A program made the position numbers and the translations under genes. From Candidatus Brocadia sp. (lineage in GTDB: Bacteria; Planctomycetota; Brocadiia; Brocadiales; Brocadiaceae): a DNA stretch of 32,000 nucleotides. The notes below the pieces were generated by a model, which did no database searches, had not been told where the DNA came from, and saw only the letters and a list, made by a program, of their open reading frames with translations. Numbering within the stretch: position 1 is the stretch's first letter; every line of letters starts with the position of its first letter. Below, one piece after another: positions 8,266 through 20,125 of this stretch. The stretch is taken from assembly GCA_021650915.1 (NCBI GenBank), contig CP091279.1:1260001-1292000 (forward strand), written 5' to 3'.

Positions 8266-9078
8266 TTATCCCTTATTTCTCCTGAGAATACAGGAGATTT
8301 CTTCATTCAAAGCATTCCGCCACTCCCGATATTTTCTGGGAAACGGCTTGTCTTTTTTCAGCATAGTATACAAATAATTAATCCTCGACTCTACCATAAG
8401 TTTTGCCATCTCAGTGTTATCCTGCACGTAGGTATTGATTAAATCCAGGATTTTGTCTTTATTCGCATGAAATTTTTCTATGATTTCAACGATATGTGGC
8501 ATATCATGAACGACATTTTTACTAAAAAACAGTACGACTGCATCCGGAAAAGACAATATATCGTCATCACTGCTAATAATGAGGGATGCATTGTGGTCGA
8601 TAGCGTACACCCTTCCGTCATCGGTAAATAACACATTTCCTAAATGCCTGTCGCTATTCCCGATGATAAAATCAAAGACCCGCAATCGTTCATAATCTTT
8701 CCTCTCTTCATCCGTAAATCTCTCAATCTGATACCCATCCTTGGCGTTTTTAATCCAGTCCTGAACCGAGCCATCATACTGCACATTGCCAATCATATCA
8801 TCAATCACCATTGTTTTAGGCACAAGTCCCAGACCCACAATCTTATCAATTTGATAAACAATCGCTTCCCGGATTGCGGTATCCGGATTATCAGCCATCC
8901 AGTAATGTCGGATATCACACTTGAATATTACGGCGCTTCCATCCTTAAATATAATCTTCTCCGGACCGCGCGGGCCCCCCATCCATCGGTCATATTCTAT
9001 ATGGTCTATCTCTCTGTCCTTGATCGAGCCAAAGATCCCTTCTTTGACGCCTTTTTCGAAAATACTTTTCTCTATCAT
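8266..9078 (-). CDS. PI3/PI4-kinase-like (type II PI4K / HipA-like catalytic core) protein of unknown substrate
   Basis: VIFK (putative ATP lysine, K53), GSVQDWI (hinge-like), FDFIIGNSDRHLGNVLF (catalytic-loop DRHxxN, nt 8635-8652) and YAIDHNASL (DFG-equivalent). The ATG lies 9 nt after the lipB stop. Confidence 0.55.
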   Translation of the reverse strand: MIEKSIFEKGVKEGIFGSIKDREIDHIEYDRWMGGPRGPEKIIFKDGSAVIFKCDIRHYWMADNPDTAIREAIVYQIDKIVGLGLVPKTMVIDDMIGNVQYDGSVQDWIKNAKDGYQIERFTDEERKDYERLRVFDFIIGNSDRHLGNVLFTDDGRVYAIDHNASLIISSDDDILSFPDAVVLFFSKNVVHDMPHIVEIIEKFHANKDKILDLINTYVQDNTEMAKLMVESRINYLYTMLKKDKPFPRKYREWRNALNEEISCILRRNKG

Positions 9079-9087
9079 ATTCTTTCG

Positions 9088-9795
9088 TTACACCTTCACC
9101 ATATTGTTTATAACCCCTAACCGCTGCATCATAGCCTTTATTCCGATTGCGGTCATCTGTACCTGAAACACATCCGAATAGCACTTTGTAATCTCACGGT
9201 AAACAGCTTTTACACTTACGTTTTTTTTGGCTACCGTCTGAAGTGAAGCAACCCTTATTCCCTGAATTCCACAGGGAGTAATGAGCCGAAAAGGAGATGT
9301 ATCATTGTTCACGTTCAATGAGAATCCGTGCATGGTGTAGCCCAATGCCATCCGAACTCCAATAAACCCAATCTTTTCTCCGTTCACCCAGACACCCGTA
9401 TATCCTTCTCTTCGCTCAGCTTCAATGTCAAAGCCCGACAATGTCCTAATCATGACCTCTTCAAGCATCCGGAGATATTGATAGTAGTCGCCCGTATACG
9501 CCGACATTTTTATCACGGAATAACCAACTGCCTGGCCTGGGCCATGATAGGTGGCTAATCCACCCCGGTCAGTTTTATAAACGGCAAAACCATTCTTTTC
9601 GTAATAATCCCTGTTTGAGATTAAAGCGCCCTCTTTATATCTGCGTCCATAGGTAAAAGTAGGGGGATGCTGAAGCAAGACAAGGCAATCTTCTATCGTA
9701 TCAGAAATTCTCGCTTCAAGCAGCGCCTTTTGTAATTCCCAGGCATCACCATACTCCACCGTATCCAGTTGGAGGAGAAGACCGCTTCGCGCCAT
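9088..9795 (-). CDS. lipB: Octanoyl-[ACP]:protein N-octanoyltransferase
   Basis: LLQHPPTFTYGRR, TDRGGLATYHGPGQAVGY and KIGFIGVRMALGYTMHGFSLNVN. The ATG at 9795 overlaps the E2 3' end by 50 nt. Confidence 0.9.
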   Translation of the reverse strand: MARSGLLLQLDTVEYGDAWELQKALLEARISDTIEDCLVLLQHPPTFTYGRRYKEGALISNRDYYEKNGFAVYKTDRGGLATYHGPGQAVGYSVIKMSAYTGDYYQYLRMLEEVMIRTLSGFDIEAERREGYTGVWVNGEKIGFIGVRMALGYTMHGFSLNVNNDTSPFRLITPCGIQGIRVASLQTVAKKNVSVKAVYREITKCYSDVFQVQMTAIGIKAMMQRLGVINNMVKV

Positions 9796-11020
9796 AGGCT
9801 GAAACCTCCCATTTTTCCAATCTCTCTTTTATCGTACGAAGAAACGCATCGGCATTGGCCCCATCCATAACCCGATGATCAAACGAAAGGCTGAGATACA
9901 TCATCGATCGGATCGCAATGGCATCGTCTACCACAACAGGTCTTTTGACGACTGCCCCAACACCCAGGATTGCAACCTGAGGCAGTAAGATAACGGGTGT
10001 GCCAAACAGGCTTCCATTAAGACCGTAATTCGTGATGGTAAACGTCCCCTCCTGCACCTCTTCGGGTTTTAACTTTTTTGTGCGCGCACGCCCGGCAATA
10101 TCCTGAATATCCTTTGCTAATTGCACAAGATCTTTTTTATCAGCATCCTTTATTACCGGAACGATTAACCCATCTTCCAGGGATACTGCAATCCCGACAT
10201 TGATCGTGTTCTTCTGAACAATGCCTTCTTCTTTCCATGAGGCATTCATGAGAGGATGTTCCTTGAGGGCGCGTGCGGTAGCCAAGGTTATAAACGGCAG
10301 ATACGTAAGATGAATCTCCTCCTCTCGCGTCATACCGTCCTTGTTCAGGTCACGATACTTTACGACCTTTGTCATATCGACTTCAAACACCGTTGTCACA
10401 TGGGCAGCGGTCCGTTTGCTTTGGACCATCCTGTCAGCGGTAATTTTTCGTTTTGGGCTTAGAGGAATAAATATTTCCTTCTCATAAATTTTTTGTCCCG
10501 TTTCCGCAGGCGGGACAGCGCTGCCGGCACCTGGTCGTGAAGACAGGTAATCCATAATATCTTTTTTCGTAACCCGCCCCCCTTCACCCGAGCCCTTTAT
10601 CTCTTCCAGATTTACCGCATATTCTTTAGCCAATCTCCTCACCAGAGGTGAATATCGTTTTTCTCTTTCGGCTGCCCTTTCAATTTCTTTTACCGCCGTA
10701 ACGGCTTCAGCCTTTTTTGCAGTTACAGGCAGGGGCGAACGGCCGTTCGCCCCTACAGCGCTAATCACGCCTTCTCTTGTTTCCACAGCTTCAATTTGAG
10801 CAATCACCGTTTGTACCGGAAGGGTCTTCCCTTCAGGATAATAAATCTTTTTCACGATGCCGCTTGTTGGCGCAGGTATCTCGGTATCAATCTTGTCGGT
10901 GCTGATTTCAACGATGGGTTGTTCCTTCTCAATCCTGTCTCCCTCGTGCACCAGCCACCTGGTAATAGTCCCTTCTGCGACACTCTCTCCCATCTGCGGC
11001 ATAATCACATCCACCGGCAT
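9746..11020 (-). CDS. Dihydrolipoamide acyltransferase (E2) of a 2-oxoacid dehydrogenase complex
   Basis: It has an N-terminal lipoyl domain (VEISTDKIDTEIPAP), a peripheral subunit-binding domain (SPLVRRLAKEYAVNLEEIKGSGEGGRVTKKD) and a catalytic domain (LSLSFDHRVMDGA). I prefer the ATG at 11020 because GAGAGG lies upstream. The track start at 11029 is GTG. Confidence 0.9.
   Translation of the reverse strand: MPVDVIMPQMGESVAEGTITRWLVHEGDRIEKEQPIVEISTDKIDTEIPAPTSGIVKKIYYPEGKTLPVQTVIAQIEAVETREGVISAVGANGRSPLPVTAKKAEAVTAVKEIERAAEREKRYSPLVRRLAKEYAVNLEEIKGSGEGGRVTKKDIMDYLSSRPGAGSAVPPAETGQKIYEKEIFIPLSPKRKITADRMVQSKRTAAHVTTVFEVDMTKVVKYRDLNKDGMTREEEIHLTYLPFITLATARALKEHPLMNASWKEEGIVQKNTINVGIAVSLEDGLIVPVIKDADKKDLVQLAKDIQDIAGRARTKKLKPEEVQEGTFTITNYGLNGSLFGTPVILLPQVAILGVGAVVKRPVVVDDAIAIRSMMYLSLSFDHRVMDGANADAFLRTIKERLEKWEVSAYGAKRSSPPTGYGGVW
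10731..10754. repeat. Perfect 24-bp palindrome AGGGGCGAACGG|CCGTTCGCCCCT inside the E2 linker coding region
   Basis: Read directly from the sequence. It encodes GANGRSPL (aa 93-100) between the lipoyl domain and the subunit-binding domain. Confidence 0.9.
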
Positions 11021-11035
11021 ACAGAACACCTCTCA

Positions 11036-12010
11036 TTAATAACGCATTAATTTCTCTACTGCAGAAATAACATCCTTTGTCTGAGGCAGGAAGGCCTCTT
11101 CCATCTGTGCGCTGTAAGGCACCGGGGTATCCAGGGCTGCAATGCGGATAATAGGCGCATCCAAAAAATCAAAGCAATACTCGTTAATTAAGGCAGAGAC
11201 TTCTGCCCCAACACCCCCCGTCTTCGTTTGTTCATGCAGTACGGCGACCTTGTTTGTTTTTTTTACCGTATCAAAGATTGCTTTTTTATCTAACGGTAAA
11301 ATTGTTCTCAAATCAATAACTTCACAGGAAATTCCATTTTGTCTGAGCGTCTGTGCCGCTTCAAGCGCGGTATGAATCATTGCCCCGTATGTGATAATCG
11401 AGACATCCTTGCCCTCCAGGGCAGTTCTCGCCTTTCCTATAGGAACAACGTAATCTTCTTCAGGAACAGAATCTTTAATGCGACGGTAAAGATATTTGTG
11501 TTCACAATAGATAACAGGATCGTTATCACGTATGGATGCCTTTAGCAAACCTTTTGCGTCATATGCAGTAGAAGGGGCAACGATCTTTAGACCTGGCACA
11601 TTAAAAAAGAATCCCTCAATACACTGTGAATGAAATGCCCCGCCATGGATATTTCCTCCGTATGGCGCTCGTATAACAATGGGAGTAGCGCCCCCCCAAC
11701 GATAATGATTCTTTGCGGCTACATTTACCAGCTGATCAAATGCACAGGAGATAAAATCGGCAAACTGCATCTCTACGACAGGCCGCATTCCCACAAGCGC
11801 TGCACCAATGGCAGCGCCGGTAAAACCAGATTCTGACAGCGGGGTGTCGAGAACACGCCATTCACCATATTTATTGAAAAGACCTTCTGTTACCCGAAAC
11901 GCACCGCCGTATACCCCCACGTCCTCGCCCAAAATAAATACGCCGGCGTCACGCGCCATCTCTTCATCCAATGCCTCTTTGATTGCTTCAAGATAGGTAA
12001 TTTCCTTCAT
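11036..12010 (-). CDS. 2-oxoacid dehydrogenase E1 component, beta subunit
   Basis: Transketolase-like pyrimidine-binding and C-terminal domains: VFILGEDVGVYGGAFRVTEGL, DTPLSESGFTGAAIGAA, VIRAPYGG. The ATG overlaps the E1alpha stop (ATGA). Confidence 0.9.
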   Translation of the reverse strand: MKEITYLEAIKEALDEEMARDAGVFILGEDVGVYGGAFRVTEGLFNKYGEWRVLDTPLSESGFTGAAIGAALVGMRPVVEMQFADFISCAFDQLVNVAAKNHYRWGGATPIVIRAPYGGNIHGGAFHSQCIEGFFFNVPGLKIVAPSTAYDAKGLLKASIRDNDPVIYCEHKYLYRRIKDSVPEEDYVVPIGKARTALEGKDVSIITYGAMIHTALEAAQTLRQNGISCEVIDLRTILPLDKKAIFDTVKKTNKVAVLHEQTKTGGVGAEVSALINEYCFDFLDAPIIRIAALDTPVPYSAQMEEAFLPQTKDVISAVEKLMRY

Positions 12011-12990
12011 GACATCTCTTCCTCTATTGATGTTGCATACACACCTCTTAAAACGTCTCCCGGTTCAGGATAGGGACTCTCCTCTGCAAACGCCTCAGCC
12101 TCTTCAATCTCTTTCTTCGCCTGTAAATCGATACTATCCAGTTCCTCTTTTTCAGAAATATGGTTTTTCATTAAATAGGTTTCCATGTGTAAAAGCGGGT
12201 CCTTCTTCTTCCATTCTTCCAGGAGTTCGCGAGGAACATATTTGGCGCTATCGTGTTCCGAATGGCCGTGCATCCTCATAGTCTTGCATTCGATAAAGGC
12301 AGGCCCTCCCCCGTTTCTCGCTATCTCATAAGCTTCTTTCGCCGCCGTGTAAACTTCCACCACATTATTTCCGTCTACGATCCTACTGGGTATGCCATAA
12401 GCCAGGGCGCGTTCTGCAACATCTTTTATAGCCATCTGGAGTTTCAACGGAGTGGAATAGGCATATTGGTTATTGTTGCAGATAAATACTATGGGCAATT
12501 TTCTTACCGCCGCGATATTCATCCCTTCATGGAAATCACCGCGACTTGTTCCACCATCCCCCGTACACGCCACAGCAACCCTCTTTTCACCACGGATTTT
12601 AAAGGCAAGCGCCGCGCCCGCTCCTATCGGATAATTATCCGCCAGATGGCTGGGAAAACCAAATACGCCATAATTTAAATCACCCACGTGAACATTTCCC
12701 TCCTTGCCTCCGGTGACACCCGTTTTTTTACCGAAATACTGCGCCATTATTCTTTTTGCCGTAATACCGCGAATTAAAAAAACCCCCATATCCCGAAAAT
12801 ACGGAGCGGCAATATCATTCTTTTCAAGGGCATAGCCGTACCCGACGGACACAGCCTCGGTGCCGTTGCTTGTCCATGCCCCTCCCAATATCTTCCCCTG
12901 ATGATAGAGCGATGTAACACGATCTTCCAGCCTTCGCGTCAATTTAAGATAATAATATAATCGTAGCAGATCTTCCCGTTTAATATCCAT
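12007..12990 (-). CDS. 2-oxoacid dehydrogenase E1 component, alpha subunit (TPP-dependent)
   Basis: The TPP-binding motif is present: CTGDGGTSRGDFHEGMNIAAVRKLPIVFICNNNQYA. The motif MRMHGHSEHD is also present. Confidence 0.9.
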   Translation of the reverse strand: MDIKREDLLRLYYYLKLTRRLEDRVTSLYHQGKILGGAWTSNGTEAVSVGYGYALEKNDIAAPYFRDMGVFLIRGITAKRIMAQYFGKKTGVTGGKEGNVHVGDLNYGVFGFPSHLADNYPIGAGAALAFKIRGEKRVAVACTGDGGTSRGDFHEGMNIAAVRKLPIVFICNNNQYAYSTPLKLQMAIKDVAERALAYGIPSRIVDGNNVVEVYTAAKEAYEIARNGGGPAFIECKTMRMHGHSEHDSAKYVPRELLEEWKKKDPLLHMETYLMKNHISEKEELDSIDLQAKKEIEEAEAFAEESPYPEPGDVLRGVYATSIEEEMS

Positions 12991-13001
12991 TGTTTCTCCG
13001 C

Positions 13002-13247
13002 TTACAGACCGCCGGTAATCGCCCGGTCAATCTCTGTTTGTGCCTTGAGTTCCATTACATGATTGGTAAGCTCAGCGATATGTCCCTTTTCCCACTCCGC
13101 AAGGGTGAGCAACATTTTGCGCGTGGCAGGCTTTGCCGCCTGCAATGCCGCCCGATAGTAATAATCATATGATTCTTGTTCCCGCTTAATTGCCTCGATG
13201 AGCACATCCATTATAGCGCCTGGTTCCGATGTCTGATTCAACTTCAT
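13002..13247 (-). CDS. Small ferritin-like / rubrerythrin-family two-helix protein (81 aa)
   Basis: AIKREQESYDYYYRAA...LLTLAEWEKGHIAEL has the E...ExxH half-site pattern of rubrerythrin-type di-iron helices. A strong SD (GGAAGGAGGA) precedes the ATG. The gene ends 12 nt before E1alpha. Confidence 0.55.
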   Translation of the reverse strand: MKLNQTSEPGAIMDVLIEAIKREQESYDYYYRAALQAAKPATRKMLLTLAEWEKGHIAELTNHVMELKAQTEIDRAITGGL

Positions 13248-13364
13248 ACAGTCCTCCTTCCGGTTGATAATATGTACTCTCTTCCGGGGAAAAATCTTCG
13301 AAATAAGACCCGTTCTTCCATACTTTTGTATATTTTTTCCCCTGGCATTTCGTATTTTCCATAG

Positions 13365-14501
13365 TTAACGGGCGTTCAAGGTTATTGACGACAACGGTCT
13401 TAAACTGGTCAACTGAGGATCTTTTACCTTCTTATGCTGAATTAGAACCTTGAAAATCTCACCCATCACCTCCGGATGAATGAGGTTTTTTAGTTTTAAT
13501 ACAGTGCCGGTATCCTGTTTTGCATCACGCAATCTTTCCAGCATGCCCAAAGCAATCAAAAAATGGGATTGCTTTGTAAAGCCCGTTACCTCCAACTGTG
13601 CTAATCTTCCTGCATTTATCAGGTTCGTAAAGTCTACATGGGCAGTAATATCTTGTTCACCCGGCCGTGCATAGTAATCCCGGTTGACCGTATGGCCATG
13701 ATAACATCGCAGTGTCCCCTCCCGTGCGTTTCCGTGATATAACCTGTCCCGGGTATCACCGTAATCGATTGTAATAACAAATCCTTCGTCTAATTTTTCT
13801 GAAGCGTGCCTGAGCCAGTCCGCAGCGCCTATATTCACCTCACAGGCCTGATCTTCTTCGAGATATATTTTATTTGTTTTCAGATAACCGTGTAACGCCG
13901 GCCCTGATATCACGTCGTCTATATCACAAAAATTTATTCCATTATACCCGACATAGGTCTCCTTGAAAACCTTATTTTTCATTTTCAACCGGTGCACTGG
14001 CAGGGCGTCTACAAATTCGTTGGATAAAAAACATCCGCGCATCCTGCCAAACGAGAAACCATCCTCCGTGCATGTATGCCACGACACCTTCTCCTCCGGA
14101 ATCTCGAGAGACGCTAAAAGCGCCCGCTGTTTTTCCCTTGCGTGGGGATTCGATTCGACGATGATATAGTGGAAGTTTTCGTAAAATTCAGGGTATTCAT
14201 TCTTAATACAGCAAACAATATCGTGGCACAGCCATCCTTTGTTCGCGCCCATTTCCACAACGGTGAACAAATCCTTCCCCATAATCACCCACATCTCTTC
14301 CAGTTGTCTCGCAATGAGTTCTCCAAAGATCCGGTGGACAGCAGGGCTTGTATAGTAATCGCCCCGCTTTCCAATCCGTTCTTTTTCCGAGTGGTAATAA
14401 CCATATTCCGGATGATAGAGCGCCATTTGCATATACTCGGCAAAGGTAATCTTCCCTTTCTTCAGTATGCTTTCGATGATCACATTTCTCAACAATTGCA
14501 T
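13365..14501 (-). CDS. Class I SAM-dependent methyltransferase, MidA/NDUFAF7 (DUF185) family
   Basis: YMQMALYHPEYGYYH...GDYYTSPAVHRIFGELIARQL...VVEMGANKG matches the MidA family N-terminus and its SAM motif I. Confidence 0.75.
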   Translation of the reverse strand: MQLLRNVIIESILKKGKITFAEYMQMALYHPEYGYYHSEKERIGKRGDYYTSPAVHRIFGELIARQLEEMWVIMGKDLFTVVEMGANKGWLCHDIVCCIKNEYPEFYENFHYIIVESNPHAREKQRALLASLEIPEEKVSWHTCTEDGFSFGRMRGCFLSNEFVDALPVHRLKMKNKVFKETYVGYNGINFCDIDDVISGPALHGYLKTNKIYLEEDQACEVNIGAADWLRHASEKLDEGFVITIDYGDTRDRLYHGNAREGTLRCYHGHTVNRDYYARPGEQDITAHVDFTNLINAGRLAQLEVTGFTKQSHFLIALGMLERLRDAKQDTGTVLKLKNLIHPEVMGEIFKVLIQHKKVKDPQLTSLRPLSSITLNAR

Positions 14502-14525
14502 AATATCCGATCTTCTGCCTTCTTC

Positions 14526-17729
<3,204 letters not shown>

Positions 17730-17862
17730 TTACCGTGCAATGCCCTATATAAGTTCAAAGTCCGATTGGTGAAATCCGACACAAATACAACATGCTAAAT
17801 TCCACGGAATGAATCATTTTTCTTTTACTCATTTTTTGGATTTTGCGCCTCAGATTTTTTAG

Positions 17863-19395
17863 TTAATGCTCATGGGTTGCGCCTGCTTTCCCCAGATCGG
17901 CTTTGAGGATAAAACTGTTGCGCGCAACATACCGCTCTCCCGGCGAGAGGCCGCGCACCACCTCTACCCATCGTCCGTCGTTCCGTCCCAACTCCAATGG
18001 ACGGACCTCGAAGACGTTATCATACTGCACAAAAACGACAGACACGTCGCGAAATGTTTGTATTGCATCAACTGATACGGCAACCGGCACGGTCACCTCT
18101 TCCTGAACAATTTCGACCGTGACGAAGAGACCCGGACGCCAACGCCCCTCCGGATTTTGTATGACGACCCTCCCCTGAGCGGTGCGCGTTTGCTCACCAA
18201 CGAGCGGGCCTAAATACGTCAGCGTGCCATTTGCTTCCAGACCTAATATCTTAGACCTTGCCGTAACGTTTTGTCCAACCCTGACCACGCTTAAGTCTTT
18301 AGCATATACCGTGACCCCTACCCAAACCGTACGTAAATCAGCAATGGCATAAATATCTGCATCTGCCTTAATAGCTTCACCCACGGCAATCTCCTTTTTA
18401 ATGACAATGCCGTCGAACTGCGCTTTTAGCTCATATCGTGTAAGCCCCCTGCCCGTCATTTCGGGAATACTATCCAAATCAGTTTGGGAAAACCCCAATG
18501 CGAGCAGTTTTTGAGTGGCCGTTTGCAGATTTATCTCTTCTTCTGCCAATGCCTGACGGCTGACAAGATAGTCTCTTTCTGAAGAGATCTTCTGTTTCCA
18601 GAGACGCTCCTTCCTTTCAAATGTCGCGCGCGCAAGTTCCGCTCGTTTCACAGAAGCCATGTACCCACTCTTCAGTTCCGCCACTTCCCGACTGTCAAGA
18701 ACAGCAATAACCTCGCCATGACTAACCGTATCGCCAAGATTTTTGTTTACCTCAGTTACCACACCTGAAACTCTCGGTACGACATGCACTACCTTATCTG
18801 CATTGAGTTCAATCTCGCCGGGAAGTTCAAGTACGCTCTTCATTGGTACCGAACCAGCAGTTTCAACAACGATTCCGGCACTTTGTATCGCCTCCGGCGT
18901 AAGCTCGATCCTTCCCTCTATCTGCGAGTATTCCCAGCGATGGACATGGCCGTTATACTCTGCCACCACGGCAACATCAAACGAGTGTGGTTCTTCTATA
19001 ATCCTGTCACTGCAAAGATGATCACTCTCACTCTTAAAGTTGATAACATCTACTTTTCCACCAAGGCGATGTAATTCTATCGTCAGTTTCACCATATCAG
19101 GATCGATCACTTTTCCCTTGTCATATACATGAACCCAGAACAGGGGCGGGGTTCCCTGTTCATGCATAATGATCTCAACCTGAAAACGGCCTTCAGACAA
19201 CAATCGCCCGCCATGAGGCCCTTTTGCATGGTTATCATTCTCATGCTCATGCTCATGTTCTCCGGCAGCGTGCTCATGGGGTTCTTCAACTGTTATTTTC
19301 TCCATCCGCAAAATAATAAAGGCCAGAATACTCCCCATCAGGATGACGATACCAATTGCTAATTTTTTTTTATAACGAATTATTACGTTTTTCAT
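17863..19395 (-). CDS. RND periplasmic adaptor (membrane fusion protein) with a His-rich N-terminal segment (adaptor 1)
   Basis: It has a TM anchor (LAIGIVILMGSILAFIIL), a His-rich segment (EEPHEHAAGEHEHEHENDNHAKGPHGG, nt 19213-19278), then biotinyl-lipoyl-like, hairpin and beta-barrel regions (VPRVSGVVTEVNKNLGDTV...). The start is uncertain: ATG 19395 (MKNVII), ATG 19449 or GTG 19482. Confidence 0.85.
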   Translation of the reverse strand: MKNVIIRYKKKLAIGIVILMGSILAFIILRMEKITVEEPHEHAAGEHEHEHENDNHAKGPHGGRLLSEGRFQVEIIMHEQGTPPLFWVHVYDKGKVIDPDMVKLTIELHRLGGKVDVINFKSESDHLCSDRIIEEPHSFDVAVVAEYNGHVHRWEYSQIEGRIELTPEAIQSAGIVVETAGSVPMKSVLELPGEIELNADKVVHVVPRVSGVVTEVNKNLGDTVSHGEVIAVLDSREVAELKSGYMASVKRAELARATFERKERLWKQKISSERDYLVSRQALAEEEINLQTATQKLLALGFSQTDLDSIPEMTGRGLTRYELKAQFDGIVIKKEIAVGEAIKADADIYAIADLRTVWVGVTVYAKDLSVVRVGQNVTARSKILGLEANGTLTYLGPLVGEQTRTAQGRVVIQNPEGRWRPGLFVTVEIVQEEVTVPVAVSVDAIQTFRDVSVVFVQYDNVFEVRPLELGRNDGRWVEVVRGLSPGERYVARNSFILKADLGKAGATHEH

Positions 19396-19584
19396 AGTAT
19401 TGTTACCATAAGACAGAGTAGGATAGGTTAAGCAAAGCGAACCCATCATTACCTTTTTTTTGTTGGGTGCGCTCCGCTTCACCCAACCTACTTAAATCAA
19501 ATTGGTCTTTTATCATTGTCCTGCGCACCAGATGGGGTAATCACGCTTGAGGATTCTGGCAACGGACAACCATTTTCTTTCGCC

Positions 19585-19700
19585 GGTTCAATCATCCTCG
19601 ATCGAACTGAAACATTTGGTATATTTTCATTTTATAGCAAGTATTCATATCTATCGCTCAGTTCAAAATGTATGGATCAATCTGCAAGATTGATCCAGCC
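19585..19700 (-). repeat. Conserved ~115-nt double-hairpin element, copy A (between ynfA stop and adaptor-1 start)
   Basis: The element reads GGTTCAATC/atcctc/GATCGAAC, then AAACATTTGG, 41 nt, GTTCAAA, 6 nt, then GGATCAATCT/gca/AGATTGATCC and AGCC. It is collinear with copy B. The strand assignment is tentative and rests on a G.U versus A.C argument. Confidence 0.8.
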
Positions 19701-19750
19701 AAAAAACATGAACAAACTCGTATGTTCACGCCACCCTTGCTTATCTCAAA

Positions 19751-20089
19751 TTATCCCCTTGGCCAGTACATAATAATAACCACACCAACAAGGGCAATAA
19801 AACCACCGATCAGGTCAAATTTGTCAGGGGCTATCTTGTCAATCTTCCATCCCCAGAGAATAGAAAGAACTATGAATATACCACCATAGGCAGCGTACAC
19901 CCGGCCAAAATTTGCTGGCTGAAATGTTGGTATAACTCCATAGATAACCAGCGCTATTGCTCCGGACAAACCGAGCCAGATACTCTTCCCCTCCCTTAAC
20001 CAGAGCCATATCAGGTATCCTCCGCCTATTTCACAGAGTCCGGCAAGGATAAAAAAGAAAATTGACCTGACAATTTCAACCCTTTCCAT
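19751..20089 (-). CDS. ynfA: YnfA family (UPF0060) small inner-membrane protein
   Basis: [25 protein letters not shown]...[21 protein letters not shown] aligns with E. coli YnfA over its full length. I prefer the ATG at 20089 (GAGG lies 8 nt upstream) over 20107. Confidence 0.85.
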   Translation of the reverse strand: MERVEIVRSIFFFILAGLCEIGGGYLIWLWLREGKSIWLGLSGAIALVIYGVIPTFQPANFGRVYAAYGGIFIVLSILWGWKIDKIAPDKFDLIGGFIALVGVVIIMYWPRG

Positions 20090-20125
20090 GTTTTGCCTCA
20101 TTTCCATTTCTTATACTGCCTCGCT

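Noticed and set aside
19462-19487. 8-bp hairpin GTTGGGTG-N10-CACCCAAC flanked by a T8/A8 run, considered as a terminator
   Set aside because: The homopolymer run is on the wrong side of the stem for termination on either strand. Its main use is as an argument against the GTG 19482 start of adaptor 1, which would lie inside the stem.
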